A DNA stretch of 64,000 bases from Monocercomonoides exilis PA203 (lineage: Eukaryota > Protista > Preaxostyla): NCBI GenBank assembly GCA_001643675.2, contig LSRY02000026.1, positions 186,001 to 250,000 of the forward strand. Direction: 5' to 3'. The notes below the pieces were generated by a model. That model was not told the origin of the DNA and did not search any database. It saw only the letters and a list, made by a program, of their open reading frames with translations. Position 1 is the stretch's first letter, and every line of letters begins with the position of its first letter. This document shows, piece by piece, positions 40,401 through 51,408 of the stretch. The translations under genes and the position numbers were made by a program.

Positions 40401-41156
40401 CTCTATGTTATTCAATGTCGATGCAATCAATGTCACTTTTGTTGCTTTGTCAAACAAAAACGGAGTGGTTGAAAACTTAGCAGTGTTGTTATCATCACTG
40501 AAAGATACTGCCTCCATGTTGAATTCACCTTCATCCACTTTCACCAGATGAATATTGGCTGTTTCTGTTTCTGTTGGACGAACAAATTGGCAAGTGCTAA
40601 TTGTCAGATTAGGTGAGAGTGGAGATGATTTTGTTGTCTTGAATGAAAGATCAGACAACACTTGAGTTGATCCCCCTGAATTTGCAACCAATCGAATAAT
40701 AGCCAACGTGTTGTCATCATTAGATGCATTTCCAAGTGACACTGGATATATAAACTTCAGATACTTGAATGTCACATTTTGCTTACAAGTGAACAGATCC
40801 GTGTTAGTATCACTATTACCATTACCCTCAGTAAGATATGTGCAGTTTATTTCCACTAACTCAGGAGTCCCATTTGCACCTTCATTTTGTTTTCCTTGGA
40901 TCATTAATGGTTTATCTTTATCAAATTCATTCACTCCTGCAATTAATGCAGATGTATTATTTTCTTGCTTGATAATTGTAATGTTCAATTGTTCTGCATT
41001 TTCATCATTAAGCTTTGTCAATGCCTCACTAATCTTTCCAACAGGTTTAGTTTCAGTTCCATCTCCACCAGTTGCTCCACTTTTAACGAACACTTCTTTT
41101 ACATTTTCAGAATATATGGAAAGCACAACTTGTAAAAATACAAATGTCAAAAACAT
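37410..41156 (-). CDS. Type-I membrane surface protein (about 1248 aa) with three long internal repeats, probably beta-helix/adhesin-like
   Basis: Uninterrupted ORF. Hydrophobic signal-like N-terminus MFLTFVFLQVVLSIYS. Repeats start VFVKSG..GDGTETKP, AYVQSGG..DGTKTKPFSTI and VYVSEG..NGLSYDNP. A C-terminal Val-rich TM helix is followed by RKRRSRNN. Confidence 0.9.
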   Translation of the reverse strand: MFLTFVFLQVVLSIYSENVKEVFVKSGATGGDGTETKPVGKISEALTKLNDENAEQLNITIIKQENNTSALIAGVNEFDKDKPLMIQGKQNEGANGTPELVEINCTYLTEGNGNSDTNTDLFTCKQNVTFKYLKFIYPVSLGNASNDDNTLAIIRLVANSGGSTQVLSDLSFKTTKSSPLSPNLTISTCQFVRPTETETANIHLVKVDEGEFNMEAVSFSDDNNTAKFSTTPFLFDKATKVTLIASTLNNIESSASAVVKIGGNNSDTKIEVNVHGCTFANCISTEASNATSGALYVESDQSDSTFNIGESSRISNATTTFTSCECANGKSGGIYLKMTKIDSAEKLTWSEEDKLTVSGCKAGSDKQTFLYLDVKSEKFKEIAKAMKEKFAKNYVKGTNDWFVAAKGANVSEDIDFTAIYFDPHEAYVQSGGEDDSTADGTKTKPFSTIKGANDLLDKSKGPGEFSIKILKEKGKSNQEVLKADAVTFSKETGITIEGVVEAEETGNEADTKVEIDCSNISEKDLFTCQKTVTFKNLVFDFKSASGQVTDQSEGNEGTYALIHATDGSVSLTIDTCDFKLTTQTNTLGMLTNTGEEVKSHLVKVSAGTLTMNKVECKDDNNPVTFSAIPFLVDGTTTAVTAVSLTSLNLKKITSKGSAVMKIVGNTDTAISVNLDTCTFTECKSEDASTDTCGALYVKSEHAESTFSIGNTGKTTFENCTCTKGKSGAICLEMTGITKADELTWPETGTNLEFTGCKVSDSDATSNAEKNTGLYLDVPVSLHRDMAIAMKKSFAANYKKNENKCFVVAKGTEDSSEVDFTEVYFDPITNVYVSEGATDDSKNGLSYDNPKKKLDSAYKLFGVGVGGENFKINIIKTNESFKAAAVTLEKFSLTTIVGVTKTNGEETEKETEVEIDCNVKSESHLFTCKSEVEFRGISFLFPLSLDEPEESNTDTSSLIVAEGADAKLSIVNCKFVRPEPDAPRNDEEITKFHLVNVTEGELIMSGVECKGDNEVNFQESLFVINKSSSVKLDTVEINKVSVTDGAAISIEDEVEKASSVRIEGLTMNGVKSSKGLCAGVLIKMVDNGSKVEMGREKKCSFKSCEAASGKAGAILIEVKDAVDNLKLPDVGKLELGDNKGKDSSVASLCIIAPDFDKFSQQKDAFAFAKDYNDDNKGWIVGATDEEAAPEDVYEKYLKEKKDEPEPEKKKKMSAGTVVAIVVPIVVVVVVVVVVIIAIVVVRKRRSRNN

Positions 41157-44100
41157 TTTCAATTGATGTTCTTTTCTCAATTCAATCAAAGATCTACAGA
41201 CACATTAATCGTACAATTGTTGTTGTAATTTATGGTTTGAAACATACTTTGTATTTTTTGGTATTTTTTCGAATTATTGAAAATTTTCATATTTCATTGG
41301 AAAGAGTGTATTCATAAATATTACTCATAGAAAATTCCTTTTTAAATTATTGATAATCAATAAAAGTCATTGTTTCATTTTTTCACTGATTATTATTTGT
41401 AGAGATTGGTTCACATTCAAAATACTGGACTTGACATGTCTAATAATGTGTGAATTTTTCAAACAAAATTATTTTTCAGAAAGTGTTTCTGATTCTTGTG
41501 AGTTTTCCTATTATCTGTGCTTTTGATATGAAATGAATAAGGACAAATTGTGAAAATAAATGAAACAAACATTGAGTTGGAAGGGTTAATAATGTTTAAT
41601 TGATAACATTTTTGTGAGACTGAGTTCACATGAAAAATAAAGAAACAGAATAAATATGATTTGTTTTTCTGGGTATGTGTCAATTAAATAAAGGGTATAA
41701 CAATTGTCATAAGTATATTTCGAATTAATACTACACCATTTTTGTTGACATTCAAATGGTGCAGTTTTTAATGGATAAAAAAAAATACATTCCATTAGTT
41801 GTTTTCAATAATGTTCTTCATTTATTGAATTCATGATTCAACATACTTCCATACAACAACCAGTGATGATTTTTCTATCATTGAGCACAATCACATGTTG
41901 AATCATTGACAAAAGCATACAAATCTTCTCGTTTGTTTAACATTGTGATTAGTTTTTGCAATTATGTTTTATTATTTTTCACTTTTCATATACTTCTTTT
42001 TGAAGAAAATGAAAGCTTAAATTCAACTGATCGGACAAGTGGAAGTGTCAAAGAAACGAAAAGTTCCCCTGCAAAATATCATTCTCCATCTTCGTCAAAA
42101 CGTAATTATCTTTCTGCACATGCAAGAGATTTATTTTTAGCGCGACAAGAAGCGCATTTAGAACAAATTAAGCAAAATCGAGAAAGAATGAAAATTAAAA
42201 TGGAAGAGAAAGAGAGGAGAGAAGGAAGGAGAAGGAAGAGAAGAAAAAGGAGGAAGAGGAAGAGGTTTTATACGTTTCCATTTGACGCACCTATTTTTGG
42301 AGTAATTTCCACAATTTTAATAATGTATAAATTTTTGTTTAAAACATAATGAAGTATTAATTCCGATATAGTTACATAAAGTTTACATAAAAATGATGTT
42401 AATTTTTCATGATAATAATAACATAATGGATGAAAATAAAATGAAACATATTGATTTAAATAAAGAAAGTTAATTTAAGTAAGAAACATTTATTTCAAAT
42501 ACAAGCAGTTCATTCGAATAAACACGGTTTATTTGAGAACTGAGCCCTTTATTTGAGTTATTTATTATTGAGGGATATACGATCAAAAAGAGAATAACAA
42601 TATCAAATATCTTGATGATTAATAGATGTTTAAAATGAGAATTGTTCCTTATAATAACAATTTGTATTCATTTCATGTTATATTTTGTTGAAATTCTTTG
42701 AAAATAGAAGAGTGAACGGAAAAATAAAATTTATTGAATTGTGAAAAAGAGTTTAATACTATTAGCAAAGGATTTCTAAAGAAAATATTACTCATTGATA
42801 GATCAAAACATATGACGAACAACTGGTTTAAATTTGTATTCAAAAGTGCATGTGCTTCCATAAAGGACAAAAATAGATTTGACAATAATTAAGCAGTTTA
42901 ACAGAAATGGAAACAATAAAAATTGAAGTGCTGGATTGAATATCACTGCTGCATCTTCCAAGATGAGCATCATCAAATACGATTCGCTTTTCATCAATAA
43001 TCACATGTCAGCAACAAAAACGCTTCAAATTGGTTTCCTTTCCCATCGAATCAGCAAAGTTAACTATCCATTCAACAATCGTTCCTCTGTTCCTTCAGCA
43101 AAATGTATCTCGTTCATTCCCTCTTCCCTCTTCCCTCGTTGCTCTTCCCCTCTTCTTCCATTCATCCAGTCCTCTCTCACAGCACACTTTCACCCAGAAT
43201 TGTGTGAAAGTGAGTGTGGATGAAATTGCACCGAAGAAATTGAACTGATCGACAAATGCCCTCATTTCCATTCGCCTTTCTGTTTCTTCCTTTTTGTTAT
43301 CGAATTGTTCTCATTGTTCTTCATCCATTCTTTCATTTCCCTTGCTGCTCTTTGAACCATCCTTTTCCTTTTTCCAATGCCTCCCAATCTGTTCATTTTC
43401 CATGGCAGCTCAGTAACCAAATCCTGTTATTTCTTAATAGAATACAGTTCTTCCCTTTGCAAAAAAAAAAAGATAAAAAAATCGATTAATCATGCAAACA
43501 AACAAACAAACCTTCAAACATCATCAATTTGAATGTCTCTTCACCCATTTTCCCCTTTCCATTGCAAATATCAAATGAATGTTTCATCCCATCTTCATTT
43601 CTTCATTTCACATTTCAACAAACAATTATGTTATTTTGAAAATGATTATTTATCAAAACTTCGAAATGGAGCAAAACAATTTTAAAAAAAGGAAAAAGAA
43701 GAACAAAATCACACAAAAAAGGATAAACATTTTTGAATCAAAAAATAATCAACAGGCAATTTCAATCAGATTTTCCAAATATTTAGAGAAGAAGAAGAAT
43801 GATGATGTTGTTGTTGAAGATGGCTTCATGTTTCAAAAACTGCTGCAATCAAATAGAGCCTATGATGGCAGGGGAAGGATATTCATCATTGATTGAATGG
43901 CAAATGGCAGTCTTATTGTCATTTCACATCGTTTCTTTGGAATAGTTTCGCTATAAAGGCTGAAATAGGTGGTAAGACAATGAATATGGTGAAGAAATAT
44001 GCAGAATTTATTTGTGGTACAACAATAATATGCTTGGTCGAAAATCATGTTCTGAGGCTCCAACAACGCTTCTCTGGAGTGAACGGAGAATAACTCAAAA

Positions 44101-46149
44101 GGATCAACGAAGAATCATCAAGAACCTATCTGCAAAAATACTTGCGAAAAGCTTCATCAGCTCAATCCATGATACGAATTATTGCATTTCGCTCATATGT
44201 GAGGACAAACAAATTGCTCTGTGCAAGTCAATGGAGAAATTGTGACAAGCAACCAAAAAATCGTCATTGGCACAAGTCGGCAAAGGCTTCGAAGAGAAAA
44301 TATCGGATATACGCTTGATCATGTAACGATGCTCCGAGTATTCTCACTCCACGTGATTTGTGAGGGATTCAGTTCTGCAATGTTTTGTAAAAAAAAAAAA
44401 TAAAATGAAATACAGCATCGGTTGTTGTCCAAAAAAAATAGTGCATGAAATCCATGTGGCAGAATTCATGTTTGGCGATATGCAACCAGTATTTCGAGCA
44501 ATCGCACTCAATCTTGAGTGTTCATGAAAACACTCGTTTCTTGTCGTTTCCCCTCCTTTCATCCAAAATACAAATTGGAAAGATTCGCTGAAGCTGCTCA
44601 TGCGCCAGACTCTGTTGGTGGACGCCCAGTAACTGCGAGTGTCTGTTTGTGGAACAACTGCGGGAACAATGAGAATGAGGAAAGTTAGTGATTTCGATGC
44701 AAAACTGTTCATTGTTCGTTCCAAAGAAGACATGGCATTTTCGATAATGAAGCAGCTGGCAAGCCTCTCCATTCTGCTCGCAATATCACATCATTTTTCA
44801 TTTGAAACTTGTTATTACGAAAAAAAAGGAAAAATCAATGATTTGGATTTTAATTTGCAACTTATGCAGTGATCAAAGTTGATAAAAATGATTAATAAAT
44901 AAAAAATCTTAAAAATATGTGATAAATAATGCAAATAAATTTGCGAATCATGAAAATTTTCATTAAATATCTTCATAAAACAATAAATCTCTAAATTTAA
45001 AGAAAAAAGTGTTTGATCACATATTTTTAATAATTTATAAACTGAGAATAACACATGAAAAACATCAAAAACATGTGCAATATTTCCATTATAACTTCCT
45101 TTTGTTTTTAATTCGAATCTTTCATGGTTGATTCGAGAAAGCAGAAGTTTATTTGAATAAATTGCCTCTCATTCAATTATTAGGGGGTTTATTCGAATAA
45201 AGTCAGAACATTCGAATAAAAACTTTTTATTCGCATTTCATCCAATATTGTAATATATTTTAAAAATGTTATTTTTGTTTGCATCATTTTATTAAGGAAC
45301 AATTTTAATTTCATTAAAGAATTAGATAAAATGTGAAATAAATTGGTTATTTCAATATATTTGTGTTATTTCAAGTTTCAGCCAGGAATTTTAAATTAAC
45401 CCAGTTATTTTGAAATAACCTTGAAAAACCTAAATCTGCTGGAAGGTTTTTAAAAACATTGAATTGAAATATTTGAAACATAAAAATGGTTGATGAAATG
45501 TTATGAATTGTATTTTTAAACTTTTCTTTATTTAAAAATTTTCCAATGTTTAATCATTGACAAAATTTTCAATTTGTTCGAAATTATTAAAAAAATGTTT
45601 TTTGATTACAAAATATGAAAAATGTTAATGAGGAATATTCCCATTCGTTTCCAATTTCGTCCGTTTGTTTGAATCGAAATTGTTGATTCCTTTCTTCTTA
45701 AGCTTTTGACATATAACAAAAGATTTCGCTATTAACGTATCAACAATATGCAACGATCCTCTTTTGTCAAAATAAACATATGGATAACAAAGAACGAATG
45801 GACTTTATTTCATATAACTTCTCGAAGAAATCCTTTTCCAAGAATTTTTTGTCAAACAGTTATGGTCTTTCCAAAAAAAAAAGAAAGCTTAAGATTCTGA
45901 CTAAAGGACTTAATGCGTTATGAAATGCGCGAAATACTACTATAAGGTTAGATGATATTTTTGAAAATTTGGGCATATGATGATGAAATGCAAAATATGA
46001 AGAGCGAAATAAGTTGAAAGAAGAAATGCCAATTAAACGATGAAACGGAAAACAATTTTCCAAAATTTTCGAAAAATGGATTTTCGTGATTTGATAAAAA
46101 TCAGACATTTTCAAGAAAAAACGATAAGCGATTTATTCTCGAAAATTTG

Positions 46150-46841
46150 AATATTTCAGAATCCAACTGTATTGGGACAGAAAGTGGGAAAGGGGAGAGC
46201 GCTTGTGTGTTAGAGTGTTTCTTCACTTCATGTTGTCTTACAGGTTCGTATAGTGGAGGGATGTGTTGTCTAAATGTACGACTGCAATCAAAATGAGGAG
46301 CCTCCAGTTCATTTCGTGCACAGCAGTATCAGTTGGCGGAGGATTGTGTTTTGCTCCAAGTCAATCAACAGCCCCAAGCAGCAATCATTATTGTTATTTC
46401 TTCTTCTTCCATGATTGCAGATGCAGTAATTCCACTCCATATGGCCACGATGTGTATTTTTATGATGGAAACAATCTCTTCTCATCGGATAACCCATTCT
46501 TTGAATCGTATACAACGAATGTTGATGAAAAGAGAGTGTGTTATGCCGACAATGATTGGGTGTATCAGCACACAGAAAAGAAATGGTGGCTGAAGGAAGG
46601 GATGAAGGATCGGTATGTTGGAGTGGGTGGGGATGACGCCAGCAATCTGTGTTTGATGAGCGAGTCTGCTCCGTGCAAGACGGTGGGGCATGCAGTGGAG
46701 TCGAGCATGGCGCAGCTGAGCTCGACAATCACAGTGCTGGGTGGGAGGCATGTGAGCGAAGGGGCGACGATCAGTGTTGGGGAAAAGAAGATTTCAGTTG
46801 TTGGGAGAGGGAAGACAGTGAGTGCAATTGGGATGAATTAG
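46150..46841 (+). pseudogene. Adhesin-like family gene fragment
   Basis: VGGGLCF, YGHDVYF and 'RYVGVGGDDASNLCLMSESAPCKTVGHAV'. Truncated at both ends. Confidence 0.7.
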
Positions 46842-47639
46842 CTTTTTGAGAGAAAATCACAACTGCCAGAAGCAACAGGAGATATTTAGTTGAATGTGAC
46901 ATGTTATTTGGGAATGAACCACTTTAACATTGATTGCAATTAAGTGACAAGTTATTCATCAAATGAAGCCATTGCGCTTATAGAAACTGTATGCTTTCCC
47001 CTAATGGAATATTGCAAAAGAAGATTGAGAGTTCAATGATAGAAGTTATGGGACAATCATCAAGTTCGCGGTTAATGAAGGAAAGCCACGATTAGGAACT
47101 TAACGACTGATCATAGAGAAAACAAAATTCTGTTCACGCAAGTTCATCAAAGTGGAAGAAATTCAGTTCTAAAAAAATTCAGAAAAGTGGGTTTAAACTT
47201 TGTTGTTACAATGATATTTCATCCAGCAAAATGAATAATATTATGGAATGTTTTTGAAAACGAAAGAAAAAACTTTTTACAAGCTTTTATTTTGACTCAT
47301 TGCATGATTGAATTTATTTTTCGCTTTTGAAAGTTCAAAAAGAAAAGTTTCACATCTTGTTTTTTAAAAAATGTTGTTTAAATGAATTTCTGAAAAAGTC
47401 AAATGCTTGAAAAGACTTGTATTTTTTTTGCAACACCTTTAAGATTCACAATTTTCCTAAAAACAATAAAAAAATAAATAAATAAAATAAAAATTAAATT
47501 AAATTAAATTAAATTAAAATAGAAATAAAAAATGGAATTTCTTCATAATTCTGTCAAACAAATGTTCTGCTCAAAGACAAATGAAATAAAAATTGAAAAT
47601 CCAATGAATTCAGCAATCAACAAAATATTGTTCTATGAT

Positions 47640-48480
47640 AAAAATGAAAAAAAACAGAAACTTTCAATCTATTGACAAAGAAACAAAACAGTGCCTCTAT
47701 ACAGCCTTCGAACCCTTCTTCTTTTATCTTTTTCAATAATTTTCTGTTCCTCTCTTTTAGTTTTGCGTTGAGGCTTTCGCTCTCCGTCTTTGTTATCAGC
47801 ATTTCACAAAGATTAATGAAAAGCTTTTATTCAACCACAAGTCACTCTTTTGTCGCATCAAATTGGGTAATTTCCTCCAAACCAGTATCTGCTGTTCTGC
47901 TTTCTGATAGATCTTCAATTTTCATCTTTCCGACATTCACTGCACCTTGAAGAAAATTCAGGCATTTCTAGCTGATTTCTCTGTTTTTTCCCTTCGATGC
48001 CCTGATAGATTTTTCGATGATTCCCATAATCCATTCGAATTCTTCATTCTTCAAGTGAATAACTGAGATTAAACTTCATCGCAATAAGCCTCAAAAAATC
48101 TCTTTATCTTCTTTTCTCTCGTTCATTTTTCACTTCCTCTTCCAATTCGCTTTCTTCACAAACTCTTAATATTCTTTCTTTCCTCTCTTCCAAAACTCGA
48201 CTCATTTGCAATCACATCTTTGAAATCTCATTGCCAACAAAACTGCTTATCAAAAACTGTCAAACAAACTGATTTGTAAGGCGTTTCGAGTTACGACGTT
48301 CTTGAAGATTTTGAATGATTTCTGTCATCTCCTTCAAATACAATACTTGTACATCATGCTTTCAAACAACGAGAAAGAAATCAATATTTGAACAAAAATA
48401 ATTCAATAACAAACTTTCCACATAAATAAATTGCTCAACATCAGCTTTGACTATTCCACTTCATTTTGAGTTTTATTATT
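47640..48480 (-). pseudogene. Highly decayed paralogue of the expanded hypothetical family seen at 25950-27150
   Basis: The C-terminal-like segment 'NLCEMLITK...KLLKKIKEEGFEGCI' and the upstream 'VKIEDL...LEEITQ' pattern. Many stops. Confidence 0.45.
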
Positions 48481-49450
48481 TTCTTCTTTCTTCAAAGGCA
48501 ACTTTCAAAAGACAAACACCTCAAATCAAAAGAAATAATGATTTGAATATGGAGCTCAGATAAATGAAAAATTCACATAGATCAATTAGTATTTTCATTA
48601 TGATAACTTTCTGTTTCTGCTATTCCTTATTACAAAGTTCAAAATCAAAAAAGTTGTTGTTTTTAAAAGAAAGATAAAAATGTTTGTTATAGACAAGAAT
48701 TCTTTCAATAACTGTTTCGCACCATCTGAGTATTTTGTATTTTATATATCTTTTATTTTGGTAAAAGCGTTGCACACAGAAAGATTCATTATCCATTGAA
48801 AAAATCTGAATGATAGAAATCCTAAAAGAATGAAAATTATATTTTTGGAAAATATTAACAATAGATATAAGCATTTGTTGTCATACAGTTTCTGAACGTA
48901 TTTTTGTTTTCAATCCATATGTGTAATGAAACCTATAAAATGATTTGATCATTTACATAAATAAATATCAATGAATGAAAATTTCGGAAAACAACTATTT
49001 TATGTTTATGATGGATTTGAACGTTGTTTATAAATTAAAATAAAACCAATCGTGAATGATTGCATTATCGTATTAAGCAAAAACTTAATTTTTTGAATTC
49101 CAAAATTGTAAATTTCAACAAAATTTAGATAAACCTGTAAATGAATGGTAACAATTGTTTATTGAACTTTTGACTTTATGTTTGGATAAATTATTTTTAT
49201 AAAACAAATTGTTTTCCACTTCATTGTAAAAATATCAAACTTTTTTGTAAAATTAGCATAAAATGCTTTTTATATGAAAGATATTAAATTAAATCATATA
49301 TTATTGTGTTTAAGTCTTCTTCCTGTAAAAAATGTTATTTTTAAAAAATAAAGTTTTTAATGAAAAAATTTAAAATTTCTGGATTTTGTGGAAATACTTA
49401 CTTTTATTTAAAATTAATATATAATCTATAAATAATATTTTTATTTCGAA

Positions 49451-49485
<35 letters not shown>

Positions 49486-51408
49486 TTTACAATTTATGTG
49501 TTAATGAAAAAATTATTTTGAATGAACAAAGTGGCTTTATACCCCTTGAAACCAACCAATTTCTCGTGGGTGTTTGATGGAAGGTTTTAAACCCCTTCGC
49601 CCCCTACCCCCATTTTCCCCCCATAAGAAACAGGCTTCATTTCAAAATACATTTTTAAAAGTTTATGTTTATTTCTTTTATATAAATAATCAAACCTTAA
49701 TTTCAAAAATTGGGTCATAAACCTTTTGTAATATAAAAAAAAAAAAAACATTTAAATAAATATTAAACTTATAAAAATGATTTATTTGTTTTTTCTGTTT
49801 GTAGTAATGTATTCAATGATCGAATTTGATTTTAAAATCAGTTTCAAACATTGACAAAATGAGAGAACGGTGAATGAACATTATCTGTAGAACTAAGAAT
49901 ATTATTTCCTGTGGATGCAATAAGAAACGAGGCAATGCAATATTTTTGGAATTCTTTTTGATGATTTTTGGTTATTGGATGGCCAAGGGGAATGCAACAA
50001 TTTTATCAATAACACAAAAAGACATAATGTATGTAATTTATATTGTTCTATATGTTTTGAAGATATTTCCGTCTGTATCCTCTCCAAAGTGCAGGAATAT
50101 GAGTTATTGTTGAAATGGCCAATCTCCGCTTTGTGGAGCAATACGATGAGAATGGAGCAGATTATTATATAGACATTGGTATTCAAATGAAGTTTCGCAA
50201 AGGCCATGATTTTTATTTGGAACAAGAGGTGAAAACAAATTCAACCGATGTTTTGTTGAACGAAGACAAAAAGTGGAAGGAATTCTGTGAAGGACAAAAT
50301 CTGCACAAAATTATATAGCATTTTGGAATTTAATGCAGGGAGAACAGTTTTTTGGCAAGGAAAGTGGGAGGCAATATCGAGGGAAGGATATTTATCACAT
50401 AAAAGGAAGGAAAATATAACAAAGCAATGAGAGTTGAGCTCGATATTTCAACAATAAATATCATCAACTTCTTTTCTACAATTAGAAGAAAAGAACGATG
50501 CTTTGTGAAGTTTTTATCGACCATCGAAGAAGACAACTCATTTTTCCTCAACACAGAATATGATGGATGTATTTGGGTTCTAGATCAGTCATTTGTCTGA
50601 CTGAATTTTTAGATAAAATTGCATGGCGGAACAAAGGGAAATGTTGTTTTCTCATCATCTGTGTTTGGAGCATATTAAACAGGAAGGAGCAGGGGCGTTG
50701 TCATTTTTTTTTGATCTGCTTTGACTTCATCATGGCCACAGAATGCTTTCTTATCGCGTTCTCGATTTTCTTCTTCGTCGTCTTCATCTTTGACTGTTTC
50801 TCATTCTTCTTCTTGATCAAGATTTGTTTTTTCTGCTTTTCTGTTTTCCATCCAATATCGTTTACGTTATTTCCTCATGTTGAATGAAATTATGAGAAAA
50901 AAAAGGTCACATTTCGTGGAACTGTAAAACTTTGATTATTATTTAAGTTTTGAAATCATACCTTACAATTAATTCAAATTTTTGTTGGACGCAATAGGAA
51001 ACAAACAAAAACAAAATTTTAAAAATTGAAAATAATTCGAAATCAAGGAACATTTCTTTTTTGATATCCAACTTTAAATCAAGTATTAACTTATATTTTG
51101 TGCCTTTTTTCCAAAAGTCAATTTCTAAATAAATGTGAAAAAAGCATGAAAATATGAAGGATTTGCATGAGTATTTTTATTTTTTTGAATTTGTGTTTTT
51201 TTATCTTTGATAATAAAAAATGGTTTCCCCAGAAAAATCTTTCCGCAAATTGCGGGAATTAATTTCAACTGCTGAGGTCAAAAAACAAATTATTACTTTG
51301 AATTAATTTTTTAGTATCAAACCGAAGAAAGAGGTTCATAACTTTGAGAATAAGAACAAAACATTCATTACTATCAACATTTAAATGCTGAGCGAAAAAA
51401 TTGTTTGA

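Noticed and set aside
37414-41166. Many antisense ORFs over the surface-protein gene (and over 1269-6352, 11252-12985 and 58676-60673)
   Set aside because: Shadow ORFs caused by codon bias and low complexity; no independent motifs.
49874-50887. Short ORFs with Cys-containing segments, possibly a gene or element remnant
   Set aside because: No recognisable motif or consistent frame; I cannot support a call.
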